Below are positions 9,469 through 17,884 of a DNA stretch of 64,000 nucleotides, piece by piece. The position numbers were made by a program, and so were the translations under genes. Numbering within the stretch: position 1 is the first letter of the stretch; each line of letters starts with the position of its first letter. The notes under the pieces are model-generated. The model had not been told where the DNA came from, did not search any database, and worked only from the letters and a program-made list of their open reading frames with translations. The stretch is from an uncultured Coriobacteriales bacterium. Its GTDB lineage: Bacteria > Actinomycetota > Coriobacteriia > Coriobacteriales > UMGS124. The stretch covers positions 1,811 through 65,810 of the forward strand of contig CAKUFZ010000003.1 of the NCBI GenBank assembly GCA_934654475.1. Reading direction: 5' to 3'.

Positions 9469-9483
9469 ATCACATGCTGTCAG

Positions 9484-9511
9484 TGACAATCACTTACATT
9501 CATGGTATTCT
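9484..9511 (+). promoter_or_regulatory. Candidate sigma70-type promoter (TGACAA-16-TATTCT)
   Basis: Hexamers at 9484-9489 and 9506-9511, about 35 nt upstream of the 9546 start. AT-richer than the surrounding sequence. Confidence 0.35.
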
Positions 9512-9545
9512 GAGCGCACGCACCGGCGTGTGTTTGGAGGTCAAA

Positions 9546-11348
9546 ATGAACTGCACGGTACCAACGCAGACAGAAGTGACGGCAGTCATCAAGAGGATGC
9601 GGCAGCAGGGCACCGATGACGGGCTCTGTGAGGCTAAGTCTTGCGAGCACGAACTGGGACGAAGCGTGTGGGCGAGCGTGTCGGCCTTCGCAAACACCAA
9701 TGGCGGCCTGCTGTTGCTTGGCATCGATGAAAGCACGAACTTCACCGTGCCCGAAAGATTCGATGCGAACAAAGTCATCGCCCAGTTCATCGATGGCATC
9801 GGCGACGGGTCGGCCAATGGGGCGCGTCTTACGAACCCGCCCGCATATGAGCTTGCGCGCGTTGAAGTCGACGGCAGGCAAGCCGTTGCCATTCGGATTG
9901 AGGAAAACAAACCGCAGAACAAGCCCTGCTATGTCACGGGGCGAGGGTTACCAACAGGAGCCTATCATCGCGTCGATGACCACGATGTCACGATGAGCAC
10001 GACTGACGTCTTCGAGATGGTCAACCTCATGACGCCCAGCGCATCAGAGCGTGAGGAAATTGAAGATTCCTCAATGGCGAATCTTGATGGAGAGCTCGTT
10101 CGAGCATTTCTGGAGCGAAACAAGGGCAGCAGACTCAAAGGAATCTCAACCATTGACGAACAGCTACACTGGCTCGGCGTCACCTCAAAGAGCGGAAAGT
10201 TGTCCCTCTGTGGTCTTGTGGCCCTCGGCCAATTCCCCCAGCAGTTTTTGCCCACCTGCTCTATAGACGTCATTGCCTGGCCCGGATCCGCATTCGATAT
10301 TGAAGCCAACCTCCGCTACATAGACCGTTTGATTTGCGAGGGGCCGCTCCCCATCATGGTGTGCGATGCTGTTGCATTTGTAATGAGAAACCTGAGACAC
10401 TGTGGCGTCGTGCAAGGCGTCGGCCGCATAGATATCCCAGAGATACCCAGGGACGCCATTCGTGAGGCAATCGCAAATGCCGTAATTCATCGTGAGTACT
10501 CCCCCCAATTCCGCGGCGGACCGGTCAGGGTCAACATCTATTACGACTACGTTGAAATTACCAACCCAGGAGGCCTTTGGGGTGGAAAAAACCTTTTGAA
10601 CATCTCCGATGGCAACTCACGCTGTCGCAACCCAACACTCATGCGCATGATGAGAGACGTTCCCCTTAGCAGTGAGATCGGCACGGGAACCGAAGGTATC
10701 GGACGTGGCGTGTCTACCATGACGAAAAAGATGCGCGACCAGGGACTTCCCGCACCGTCCTTCAAGGTGACGCCCGACCAGGTTACCGTGCGGCTTTTCC
10801 GACCGAGCATCTGGCCGCCGGAAGTCGACCAGTGGGGCAACGTGACGTTTCCGGAAAATCCTCCAATCAAGATACCCGAGATTCGCATCTCTGAGGACGC
10901 GCCGCGCATCACCTCCCTGCCCGACTATGCCTTTACCGGTGAATGGTCGCCTTCTTGGATTGACAAAGACGGCTTCGCACCCGCGGGGTTTGGACCAAGT
11001 GCTGCCGAAAAAGCCAAGGGATTCCATCCGGCAGGATACGACCCCGTGGCGGAATGGCAGGAGAATCTCAAGGCGTACATACAGGAACAGGAGAAGCAGA
11101 CCGACGCGCAGATAAAAGCCGACGAGCAGGGCCGTTACTTCATGATGACCAAAGACGGCTGGGTGCTCGACATCCTGCGCGAGCGGTACCCCGAGCCCCT
11201 CACCATCCATGAGATCGCCGAGCGCGGCGAAAAGTCATTGCCCGTCACACGCCGTGCCATACGCGAGCTCATCGATGCGGGAGAGGTTCTGGCAACCGCC
11301 CCCGCCACCAGCCGCAACCGCAAATACCTCGCAGCAGAGTGCGCATAA
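9546..11348 (+). CDS. AlbA_2 (Schlafen-like divergent AAA) plus HATPase_c_4 domain protein with C-terminal winged-helix; putative nucleic-acid-binding regulator
   Basis: Track ORF 9474..11348 trimmed to ATG 9546 (GGAGG RBS). The N-terminus ..ASVSAFANTNGGLLLLGIDE.. fits AlbA_2. EAIANAVIHREYS.. is the RecG-like HATPase motif. The C-terminus LTIHEIAERGEKSLPVTRRAIRELIDAGEV looks like a wHTH. GC is lower than in the neighbours. Confidence 0.75.
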   Translation: MNCTVPTQTEVTAVIKRMRQQGTDDGLCEAKSCEHELGRSVWASVSAFANTNGGLLLLGIDESTNFTVPERFDANKVIAQFIDGIGDGSANGARLTNPPAYELARVEVDGRQAVAIRIEENKPQNKPCYVTGRGLPTGAYHRVDDHDVTMSTTDVFEMVNLMTPSASEREEIEDSSMANLDGELVRAFLERNKGSRLKGISTIDEQLHWLGVTSKSGKLSLCGLVALGQFPQQFLPTCSIDVIAWPGSAFDIEANLRYIDRLICEGPLPIMVCDAVAFVMRNLRHCGVVQGVGRIDIPEIPRDAIREAIANAVIHREYSPQFRGGPVRVNIYYDYVEITNPGGLWGGKNLLNISDGNSRCRNPTLMRMMRDVPLSSEIGTGTEGIGRGVSTMTKKMRDQGLPAPSFKVTPDQVTVRLFRPSIWPPEVDQWGNVTFPENPPIKIPEIRISEDAPRITSLPDYAFTGEWSPSWIDKDGFAPAGFGPSAAEKAKGFHPAGYDPVAEWQENLKAYIQEQEKQTDAQIKADEQGRYFMMTKDGWVLDILRERYPEPLTIHEIAERGEKSLPVTRRAIRELIDAGEVLATAPATSRNRKYLAAECA

Positions 11349-11384
11349 AACGCATGGAAACCGCCGTCTCATAATCGCCGGTCA

Positions 11385-11428
11385 AACATAAACAAAAGCG
11401 GGGGCGCCACGTTGCGTGACGTCCCCGC
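11385..11428 (-). terminator. Rho-independent terminator between convergent genes (probably bidirectional)
   Basis: Hairpin gcgggggcg..cgtccccgc at 11398-11428. On the minus strand it is followed by CTTTTGTTTATGTTT. Confidence 0.6.
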
Positions 11429-11458
11429 TTGGGTGTTCGTGCTTGGCGGAAGGCTCGC

Positions 11459-12055
11459 TTACTTACTTGCCTTCTCCTGCTCGGCGAGGTAGTCCTCGTA
11501 GGCCTTGGCGCCAGAGGCGGCCTCGAAGGCCATCTGGGCAGCCTGGAGGATGGCGTTGGAGGTCACCGTGCAGCCGGCGATGCCGTCAACGCCCTCGTAG
11601 GTGCCGGCCTCGAGGATGGCGTTGGCCACCAGGGGGCCCGCATCCAGACCGATGCCGCTCGTCTCCTTGAGGCGGGTGAGCTTGAAGTCGGCCAGCTTGC
11701 CAGCCTCGAAGGTCGCCTCAACGTTCACCTGACCGCCGATGCCGCGAGCGGTGCCGGCGAAGGCGCCGTCGTTGTAGCCGCCCTCGGCCGCGGCAAGTGC
11801 CTGCTCGGTGGCCGAGATGATGGCGTTGGAGGTCACCGTGCAGCCAGCCAGGCCGTCAACGCCCTCGACGCCACCCGCAGCCACGATGTTCTGTGCCACG
11901 ATGGGGCCTGCATCCAGACCGATGCCGCTCGTTTCCTTGAGGCGCGCAAGCACGAGGTCCACAAGCTGGCCACCCTCGATGACGGCCTCGACGTTCACCT
12001 TGCCGCCGATACCGCGCGCCGTACCCTTGTACAGTCCGTCAACATACGTTGCCAT
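11459..12055 (-). CDS. Tandem FMN-binding (FMN_bind) domain protein without signal peptide
   Basis: 198 aa made of two internal repeats, each ..GTARGIGG(K/Q)VNVEA..LKETSGIGLDAGP..EGVDG(L/I)AGCTVTSNAI... These match the FMN_bind fold and its covalent flavinylation site (consensus D..SGAT.TS). It starts 45 nt after the flavoprotein stop. Confidence 0.8.
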   Translation of the reverse strand: MATYVDGLYKGTARGIGGKVNVEAVIEGGQLVDLVLARLKETSGIGLDAGPIVAQNIVAAGGVEGVDGLAGCTVTSNAIISATEQALAAAEGGYNDGAFAGTARGIGGQVNVEATFEAGKLADFKLTRLKETSGIGLDAGPLVANAILEAGTYEGVDGIAGCTVTSNAILQAAQMAFEAASGAKAYEDYLAEQEKASK

Positions 12056-12100
12056 ACGTCAGTCTTCCCTTCTTTTTCCTGGTAGATGCCTTGAGAAGAC

Positions 12101-13771
12101 TTAGGCCTGGGGATCCAGAGCGGCGCAGTCGAGAGCAGCAATACGACCGGTCGTCAGAGCCTCGCAGATGTTGCCGATAAGGTAGGCGAAGCCGTTGATG
12201 GAGCCGAACTCGCCGCAGTTGTACAGACGAGGGATGACGTTGCCCTGAGCGTCGAGCGTGCGGTTGTAACCGTCGTGCCAAGGGCCACCCTGCGTGTTGA
12301 TCGAGGAGCAGCACATCTCAATGGCGTAGTACGGGCCCTCCTCCGAGAGTGCCTGCATGGAGTCGGCGGAGCGCTCGAAGTCGGCGTCCTTGCCCTTCTT
12401 GCAGGCAGCGTTGTAGGCGTCGAAGGTAGCCTTGAGGCCCTCGGCGTCGCAGGTCTCAACCTCGTTGGAGGGGTTCACGCCCTGCATCTTGGCGGCAAGC
12501 TCCTCGATGGTGTCAGCCTTGACGATCCAGCCCTTGTCGAGAGCGTAATCGTTCCAATCCTCAGTGGGCTGCAGGCCCTGGACGGCGCAGTAGGTGTCGA
12601 GCAGGCCCCAGTAGCCGGTGCCCTGGTACAGCTGCACCTTGTCGTACATGTTCTGGTCGAAGACCATCCAGAAGGGAAGGTTGGGGTACTCGTCGGCGTT
12701 GGGGTACTTGCCCTTGTTGTGCGTCCAGTCGGTGAGCGGGGTCTTGCCGATATTGTGGTTCATCGTGGTCTGCTCGTTCATGAAACGCGAGCCGTACTTG
12801 TTGACCCAGAAGTACGTGGTGGTGTAGGGGTCATAGCCCTTCTCGGGCATGGAGACGGCGCAGCCGACCTCCTCGGAAGGCAGACGGTAGGCGCAGGCGC
12901 TCCACTCGCAGCCCTCGAGGTGCCACATGGCGGCACCGGCGGCCGAACAGATGTCGATGCCGTCGCCCGTGTTGTAGGGCGTGCCCCAGCACTGCTGGAA
13001 GATGCCGGCGTGGTTGTACCAGGCCTGCTTGATCTTGCTGTTCTCAAAGCCGCCGACGCACATGATGACGCCGTGCTTGGCCTTGATGGTCTTGGTGGTG
13101 GCGCCACCGTCGTCGGAGTACTCGACGCCCAGGACCTCGCGGGTCAGCGGGTTCTGCACGAGGCCCGTGATGGGCGAGCCCAGGCGCACCTCGGCGCCCT
13201 TGTCCTTGGCGACCTGAGAGAGAGCGGCGAAGAACTCATAGCCGGCGCCGGGATGTCCCTCGGGAGTGCGGTAGAACATGATGGCGGAGTCGGTGGCGTG
13301 ACGAGCGGTGCCCTCGCGGGTGCCCTCGAAGAAGCTGAAGCCGAGCTCATCGGTCAGCCAGGGGTACATGTCCTGCACCATGACGTCGCAGAGGTGGTCG
13401 ATGGCGTCCTCGTTGGGCACGCAGTAGAAGCTCATGCGCTTGGCCTTGGTCTTGATCTCGTCAAGATCGCAGCGGAAGGTGTCGTGCAGGTTGGAGGTGG
13501 AGCAACCAAAGTTGCCGCCGTCCTCGATGGGGCTCTTCTCGAGGACGATGGTCTTCATGCCCTGCTCGCAAGCGCTGATGGCGGCCGTGACGCCAGCTGC
13601 GCCATAACCGGCAACAACGATGTCGCATTCCTCATCCCAAGCCGGGACCCAAGGCTGCGTGGGGTCGACGGCCTCGCCGGCCAGGGCAGCCTTGGCGGCC
13701 ACGGTGGCAGCACCGGCTGCAACCGCGACGCCGCCGGTGATGAAGTTCCTGCGGGAGAGCTCACTAGCCAT
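12101..13771 (-). CDS. Tat-exported FAD-dependent oxidoreductase (fumarate reductase/FAD_binding_2-like flavoprotein reductase)
   Basis: Track ORF 12101..13942 trimmed to ATG 13771 (AAAGGATGG upstream). Twin-arginine signal MASELSRRNFITGGVAVAAGAA. Dinucleotide fold DIVVAGYGAAGVTAA..LEK. C-terminal RLYNCGEFGS. Confidence 0.85.
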   Translation of the reverse strand: MASELSRRNFITGGVAVAAGAATVAAKAALAGEAVDPTQPWVPAWDEECDIVVAGYGAAGVTAAISACEQGMKTIVLEKSPIEDGGNFGCSTSNLHDTFRCDLDEIKTKAKRMSFYCVPNEDAIDHLCDVMVQDMYPWLTDELGFSFFEGTREGTARHATDSAIMFYRTPEGHPGAGYEFFAALSQVAKDKGAEVRLGSPITGLVQNPLTREVLGVEYSDDGGATTKTIKAKHGVIMCVGGFENSKIKQAWYNHAGIFQQCWGTPYNTGDGIDICSAAGAAMWHLEGCEWSACAYRLPSEEVGCAVSMPEKGYDPYTTTYFWVNKYGSRFMNEQTTMNHNIGKTPLTDWTHNKGKYPNADEYPNLPFWMVFDQNMYDKVQLYQGTGYWGLLDTYCAVQGLQPTEDWNDYALDKGWIVKADTIEELAAKMQGVNPSNEVETCDAEGLKATFDAYNAACKKGKDADFERSADSMQALSEEGPYYAIEMCCSSINTQGGPWHDGYNRTLDAQGNVIPRLYNCGEFGSINGFAYLIGNICEALTTGRIAALDCAALDPQA

Positions 13772-13977
13772 GTTCAATCCATCCTTTTCGACGTGGGACG
13801 CCCGCATGCACCCTCCCTGTGGGTGCGGGTCACGTGATGTGTGACCCCGCTGGGCGCGTTCCCATCTGACGGCTTGCACATTAGCCCTGCCAAGGTGCCC
13901 GACACATCGTTTGAGGTGTTGAAGTTGAGCAGAATCGGCCATCTCAACCTTATTGTTGAGATATCTAGCTGCGGGTT

Positions 13978-14007
13978 CTTCAATTCGTTAAATACGCACG
14001 CTACAAT
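13978..14007 (+). promoter_or_regulatory. Weak candidate promoter (TTCCAA-18-TACAAT) for the LuxR gene
   Basis: A TACAAT at 14002-14007 lies in an AT-richer patch about 100 nt upstream of 14108. The -35 element is poor. Confidence 0.3.
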
Positions 14008-14107
14008 GCACCCCGATAGGGAGACGCAGCTCACCCGCCTTTGCACGAGCCCGTCGCCCACAAAATGACAAGCAGCCACCCCAAATGACACCGGAAGGAA
14101 CGGCGCC

Positions 14108-15679
14108 GTGAAGCCCACCGCATTCATTCGCAGCTCCATGGAAATGCTCGCGTCCAAGGACAGGCGATGGCTTGCGTTGTTCTCCCTTGCCATCGGCGTC
14201 GCCTTGGCATGGACCTACACCCCGCTCTTCCTGACCCCCTTGGGCACAGGCATGGGCGCGGCCCTCTTCAGCGCGGACGGCTCCGTCGTCGCCTTCTTTG
14301 TGGCAACCGCGCTCACCTATCTCGCAGACGCCGCCTTCGGGACCAAGCCGCGCGCAAAGGCCGCGCTGCGCTACGGCGTGGCACACACCGCCGTGGGCGT
14401 GGTGGGCGGAATGCTGCTCGCCGGCGCCTCGCTCATGGCGACGCCCGACGCGCTCCCCTTTCTCGACAGCCTCTCGGACGGCATCGAGCTGGGGAGCACG
14501 GTCGGCAACGCCAACCTGCCCCTGACCCCCGACTCAGGTCTCGTCATTGCCTTGGGATGCAGCGGCGCCATCATGGCCGCCTTCTCCTCGACCTGCGCCG
14601 TACTGCAGGCGTCGCGCCTGCTCAAGCGCCTCTCCCCCGCCCGCTCGGTGGTGGCATGCACGGGCGCCTTCATGGTGGCGGCAACCATCATCGTGTGCGC
14701 CGCCTTCGTGTCGGGAATCGCTGCAGGGCTGCTCATCTCCCTGGTGCCGGTGGTCACGCTGCTGCTGGGCCGCATGGCCGATGAGCGCGTGCCCTACGCC
14801 GACCTGTCGCGTCCAGGCGAGAAGAGCCTGACGCTCGTTCCCATCAAGCAAAAAGACGCCTGGCGCTACGGCGCCATCTCCCTGGGCCTCTTCCTCATGG
14901 GCGGTTGGGCCTACAACAACGCCGGGCAGTACAACCACCTGCCCCAAGACCTGCCCGCAATCGCCATTGTGCTCCAGTGCGTGGCGGTGCTCGTCGTGTT
15001 TGCCCTTGCCGCAGCGACGTTCCAGTCGACAAAGAACCCCATCGGCTACGAGCGCATCTGCCAGGTGTGCGTGCCGCTGTGCGCCCTGTCCATCCTGCTT
15101 GAGTTTTTGCCCGAGAACAACGCCGGCTACCTCGACGACCTGGGCGTATGTCTGACCTTCGTGGGCCTTTTGCTCGCCGACCTCATGTGCTGGGTCATCC
15201 ACGTGTGCACGGCGCGCGGCCCCCAGGCCCAAGACACGCGCACCTTCGGCATCATCCGCGCCATGACCTACGCCGGCGCGGCGCTTGCCCGCATCATCGT
15301 CTATTGGATCGTGTGGGCCCCGCTCGACAAGCCCAAGGTCGCCATGACCATCGGCTTTCTCATGCTCATCGTGACCATCGTGTGCCTGCCCACGGCGGGG
15401 GCGAAGGTCATCAGCGTAACCGCCAGCCAGCCCACGAGCCTGCGCGACCTCGACGAGGAAAAGCGCGAGCGCCTGAGCGGCCTCATCGTCTCGCACGGAC
15501 TCACGGCCCGCGAGGCCGAGGTGTTCGCCCTGCTGGTCGACGACCTCGACGCGGCCACCATCGCGCAGCGCCTCAGCGTGTCGAACGCCACCGTGCACAC
15601 CCACATCAGCCACGTCTACACCAAATTCGGCGTGCACTCCCGCAAAGAACTCGAGCGCGTGGTGAAGGCAAAGGAGTAG
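14108..15679 (+). CDS. Membrane-spanning LuxR-family transcriptional regulator (multi-TM N-terminal domain plus C-terminal HTH)
   Basis: GTG start with GGAAGGA RBS. About 430 aa of hydrophobic helices are followed by LTAREAEVFALLVDDLDAATIAQRLSVSNATVHTHISHVYTKFGVHSRKEL (GerE/LuxR HTH). Confidence 0.8.
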   Translation: MKPTAFIRSSMEMLASKDRRWLALFSLAIGVALAWTYTPLFLTPLGTGMGAALFSADGSVVAFFVATALTYLADAAFGTKPRAKAALRYGVAHTAVGVVGGMLLAGASLMATPDALPFLDSLSDGIELGSTVGNANLPLTPDSGLVIALGCSGAIMAAFSSTCAVLQASRLLKRLSPARSVVACTGAFMVAATIIVCAAFVSGIAAGLLISLVPVVTLLLGRMADERVPYADLSRPGEKSLTLVPIKQKDAWRYGAISLGLFLMGGWAYNNAGQYNHLPQDLPAIAIVLQCVAVLVVFALAAATFQSTKNPIGYERICQVCVPLCALSILLEFLPENNAGYLDDLGVCLTFVGLLLADLMCWVIHVCTARGPQAQDTRTFGIIRAMTYAGAALARIIVYWIVWAPLDKPKVAMTIGFLMLIVTIVCLPTAGAKVISVTASQPTSLRDLDEEKRERLSGLIVSHGLTAREAEVFALLVDDLDAATIAQRLSVSNATVHTHISHVYTKFGVHSRKELERVVKAKE

Positions 15680-15715
15680 GGCCGCCCTTGCTCGCCTGCT
15701 ATCGCTGCCACAAAT

Positions 15716-15763
15716 ACGTCCTTATTAATGAGCGAATCCACATTAATAAGGACGTGTTTTTGT
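15716..15763 (+). terminator. Rho-independent terminator of the LuxR gene
   Basis: Perfect 15-bp stem acgtccttattaatg/cattaataaggacgt with a 10-nt loop, followed by GTTTTTG. Confidence 0.75.
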
Positions 15764-15860
15764 GCTTATCTACATTTTTCAGTCGGAGATGTTCGACGTG
15801 TAAACGGAAGCACGGCAATCACTCAAGCCCGCGGCAATACGCAAAGAAGAGCTGGGCAGC

Positions 15861-15898
15861 AAAAAAACGGCCGGCCCTCGCGTTGAGGGTCGGCCGTC
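15861..15898 (-). terminator. Rho-independent terminator of the dmsABC-like operon
   Basis: Stem acggccggccctc/gagggtcggccgt with 1 mismatch. The minus strand reads hairpin plus TTTTTTT. Sits 45 nt downstream of the DmsC-like stop. Confidence 0.75.
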
Positions 15899-15942
15899 CT
15901 TGTGGGTGAAGCTTGAATTGCAAGAAATCCCGTGCGGTGCGC

Positions 15943-16848
15943 TTACACCAATGTCGCGAGGCACAGGCGCAAGCACCAGCCACCGGCGAGTGCGCACACA
16001 AGAGCCGCAAGGCCCAGGACAAGAAGCACGCCGCGCTTCTCGAGCACGTCGCCCTTGCCCACGACAAGCGCCGCGGCGCCGCAGGCAAGCGGGGCCACGA
16101 TGCCGCAGGCCACAGAGCCACCCCAGAAGAGCAGGGCTTGGGCGCCCGACATCACCACGGCGAGCTTGTCGGTCGCAGCGACCTGCTTGGCACCGCCGAT
16201 CATGTGGGTGCTCATGGAGTAGGTCGACTTCGTGGCCTGAGCGGCCGCCTGGGTGTCCAGGCCGTACCACACGAGGTAGGAGACAAGGCCCACGCCGGCA
16301 AGCACGGCGCACACGGCCAAAGTCGTGCGGCCGGTCTTGCAAGCCGCCTCGTCCTTGAGCAGCGCACCCAGCACCAGGTGGGCGGCGGAACCGAAAAGCA
16401 GCGCCGCGCCGAGGTAGAGGGCCATGAGGGTGTACAGGCCCGCACCCGGCTTTGCCGACAGCACAGCACCGCAGGTCATGGCGGCCACCAGCAGGACAGA
16501 GACGACGATGGCCGCGATGCCGCACCAACGGGGAACGCTTCCGTCCTCAGTGCGGCTCGACATCACGAGCATCGCAACGCAGACAACCACGAAAAGCACC
16601 ACACCGTACAGGGCAAGCGTGACGCCCGACGTGAGGTTGGTAAAACCACCGAACAGACGCTCGGGGCGTCCCAGGCGCAAGGCGAACAGCGCGATTCCAG
16701 CTAGCGCCAAGGCGCCGGCGACAATCGCCGACGCCTTGTTGAGCCGCTCAGAGCGCCACCTCACGCAAGCTGCGCCCTGAAAGCCGAGAACCCCTGCGCC
16801 CAGGCACGTCACCAGCGTATACAGCGCTAGATAGACCTGGGAATTCAT
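15943..16848 (-). CDS. DmsC-like membrane anchor subunit of a molybdopterin oxidoreductase
   Basis: 301 aa with about 8 hydrophobic helices. Starts 6 nt after the Fe-S subunit stop, the last gene in DmsA-DmsB-DmsC order. Confidence 0.75.
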   Translation of the reverse strand: MNSQVYLALYTLVTCLGAGVLGFQGAACVRWRSERLNKASAIVAGALALAGIALFALRLGRPERLFGGFTNLTSGVTLALYGVVLFVVVCVAMLVMSSRTEDGSVPRWCGIAAIVVSVLLVAAMTCGAVLSAKPGAGLYTLMALYLGAALLFGSAAHLVLGALLKDEAACKTGRTTLAVCAVLAGVGLVSYLVWYGLDTQAAAQATKSTYSMSTHMIGGAKQVAATDKLAVVMSGAQALLFWGGSVACGIVAPLACGAAALVVGKGDVLEKRGVLLVLGLAALVCALAGGWCLRLCLATLV

Positions 16849-16854
16849 AGCGGT

Positions 16855-17526
16855 TTAGCTCCTCCACTCGCGATCGCGACGGTCGCCGTAGTGATGGCGA
16901 AGGATGTAGTAGTTCGAAGGGGCGTTGCCCGTGTCGGGCAGCTGGTGCAGGTCGTCGTCCTCGAAGGGCTGCACGGCGTCGCGAATCTTGACGCGAACGG
17001 CCTGCTGCTCCTCGTAGGTGCCGGCGGCCTCGGGGCGCCAGGGGCCCTCGAAGGAGTCGATGCCCTCGTCGAGGTCACCGAAGAAGCGGGCACGGGCGCC
17101 GCACTGGGCAACGCAGGCGGGAAGCTCGCCCTGCTCGACGAGCTGGGAGCACAGCGTGCACTTCTCGGCGACGTTGCTGTCCTCGTTGATGTAGCGCACG
17201 CCGTAGGGGCAGGCAGAAAGGCAGGCGCCGCAACCGATGCACTGCTCCTTGTCGATCTGCACGGTGCCGTTCTCCGTCTTGATGGAGGCGCCGGTGGGGC
17301 ACACAGTGACGCACTCGGGAGTGGCGCAGTGCTGGCACTGCATCGGCAGGAAGTACATGTCGACGTCGGGGAACTGGCCGCCCTCTTCCTTGGTGACGGG
17401 GCCGACGCGCATGCTGCGGATCCAGAAGTTGCCCACAGGCACGCCGTTGGCAGCCTTGCAGGCGACAGTGCAGGCAAGGCAGCCCGTGCAACGGTTCAGG
17501 TCAGTGACGACTGCATACTGAGACAT
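16855..17526 (-). CDS. DmsB-like 4x[4Fe-4S] electron-transfer subunit
   Basis: Track ORF trimmed to ATG 17526 (GGAGAGGA RBS). Cys clusters CTGCLACTVAC, CQHCATPECVTVCP, CIGCGACLSACP, CTLC..C..C. Confidence 0.9.
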   Translation of the reverse strand: MSQYAVVTDLNRCTGCLACTVACKAANGVPVGNFWIRSMRVGPVTKEEGGQFPDVDMYFLPMQCQHCATPECVTVCPTGASIKTENGTVQIDKEQCIGCGACLSACPYGVRYINEDSNVAEKCTLCSQLVEQGELPACVAQCGARARFFGDLDEGIDSFEGPWRPEAAGTYEEQQAVRVKIRDAVQPFEDDDLHQLPDTGNAPSNYYILRHHYGDRRDREWRS

Positions 17527-17550
17527 AGCGGGTTCCTCTCCTCTCAATAG

Positions 17551-17884
17551 TCATTCATGGGAGCGGGACGGACGGACAGCCCGCCCCGCGATCAGGTGAA
17601 ACAAAGAACCACGTGCTTTCAAACGGAGCGGCAGCTGCAAGGCGCGCGATGGCGCGGTGCGCGGTGCGGGCCTGTGGCCTACTGGAGTACATAAGCCTGA
17701 GCGCAACGCCGTAGCTGCGCCTCCGCGATCGGGTGAAACACTGGGCAACGCAAACTCAACGGGCCAAGCCGTCCGTTTAGACGGAGGCGCAGATACAAGG
17801 CGCGCGATGGCGCGGTGTACTGGAGTACATAAGCCTGAGCGCAACGCCGTAGCTGCGCCTCCGCGATCGGGTGAGACTCGGTCT
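17551..17884. repeat. Repeat family 2: about 2.3 tandem units (period about 138 bp) filling the DmsA/DmsB intergenic spacer
   Basis: Unit ends ccgcgatc(a/g)ggtga(a/g)ac at 17585, 17723 and 17861. A 57-bp block is identical at 17680-17736 and 17818-17874. Each unit is an imperfect palindrome (cggaggcgcag..ctgcgcctccg) centred on tactggagta. Confidence 0.85.

Noticed and set aside
13919-13927. 9-mer TTGAAGTTG shared between the LuxR upstream regions at 13.9 kb and 21513-21521
   Set aside because: A single short shared word, insufficient on its own. The local GTTGAG inverted repeat is reported instead.
12101-13942. Longest-ORF starts for several genes (12101..13942, 31108..32178, 32705..33742, 25369..26589, 44373..46652, 51306..52979)
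   Set aside because: The upstream extensions are Arg-rich, lack an RBS and precede internal ATGs that have Shine-Dalgarno sequences. Those internal ATGs open directly into Tat signals or conserved N-termini, so they were used.
17551-17844. 97-aa minus-strand ORF inside the DmsA/DmsB spacer
   Set aside because: It is composed of the tandem repeat itself, so the peptide is internally repeated. It has no RBS and poor codon periodicity, so I treat it as non-coding repeat.
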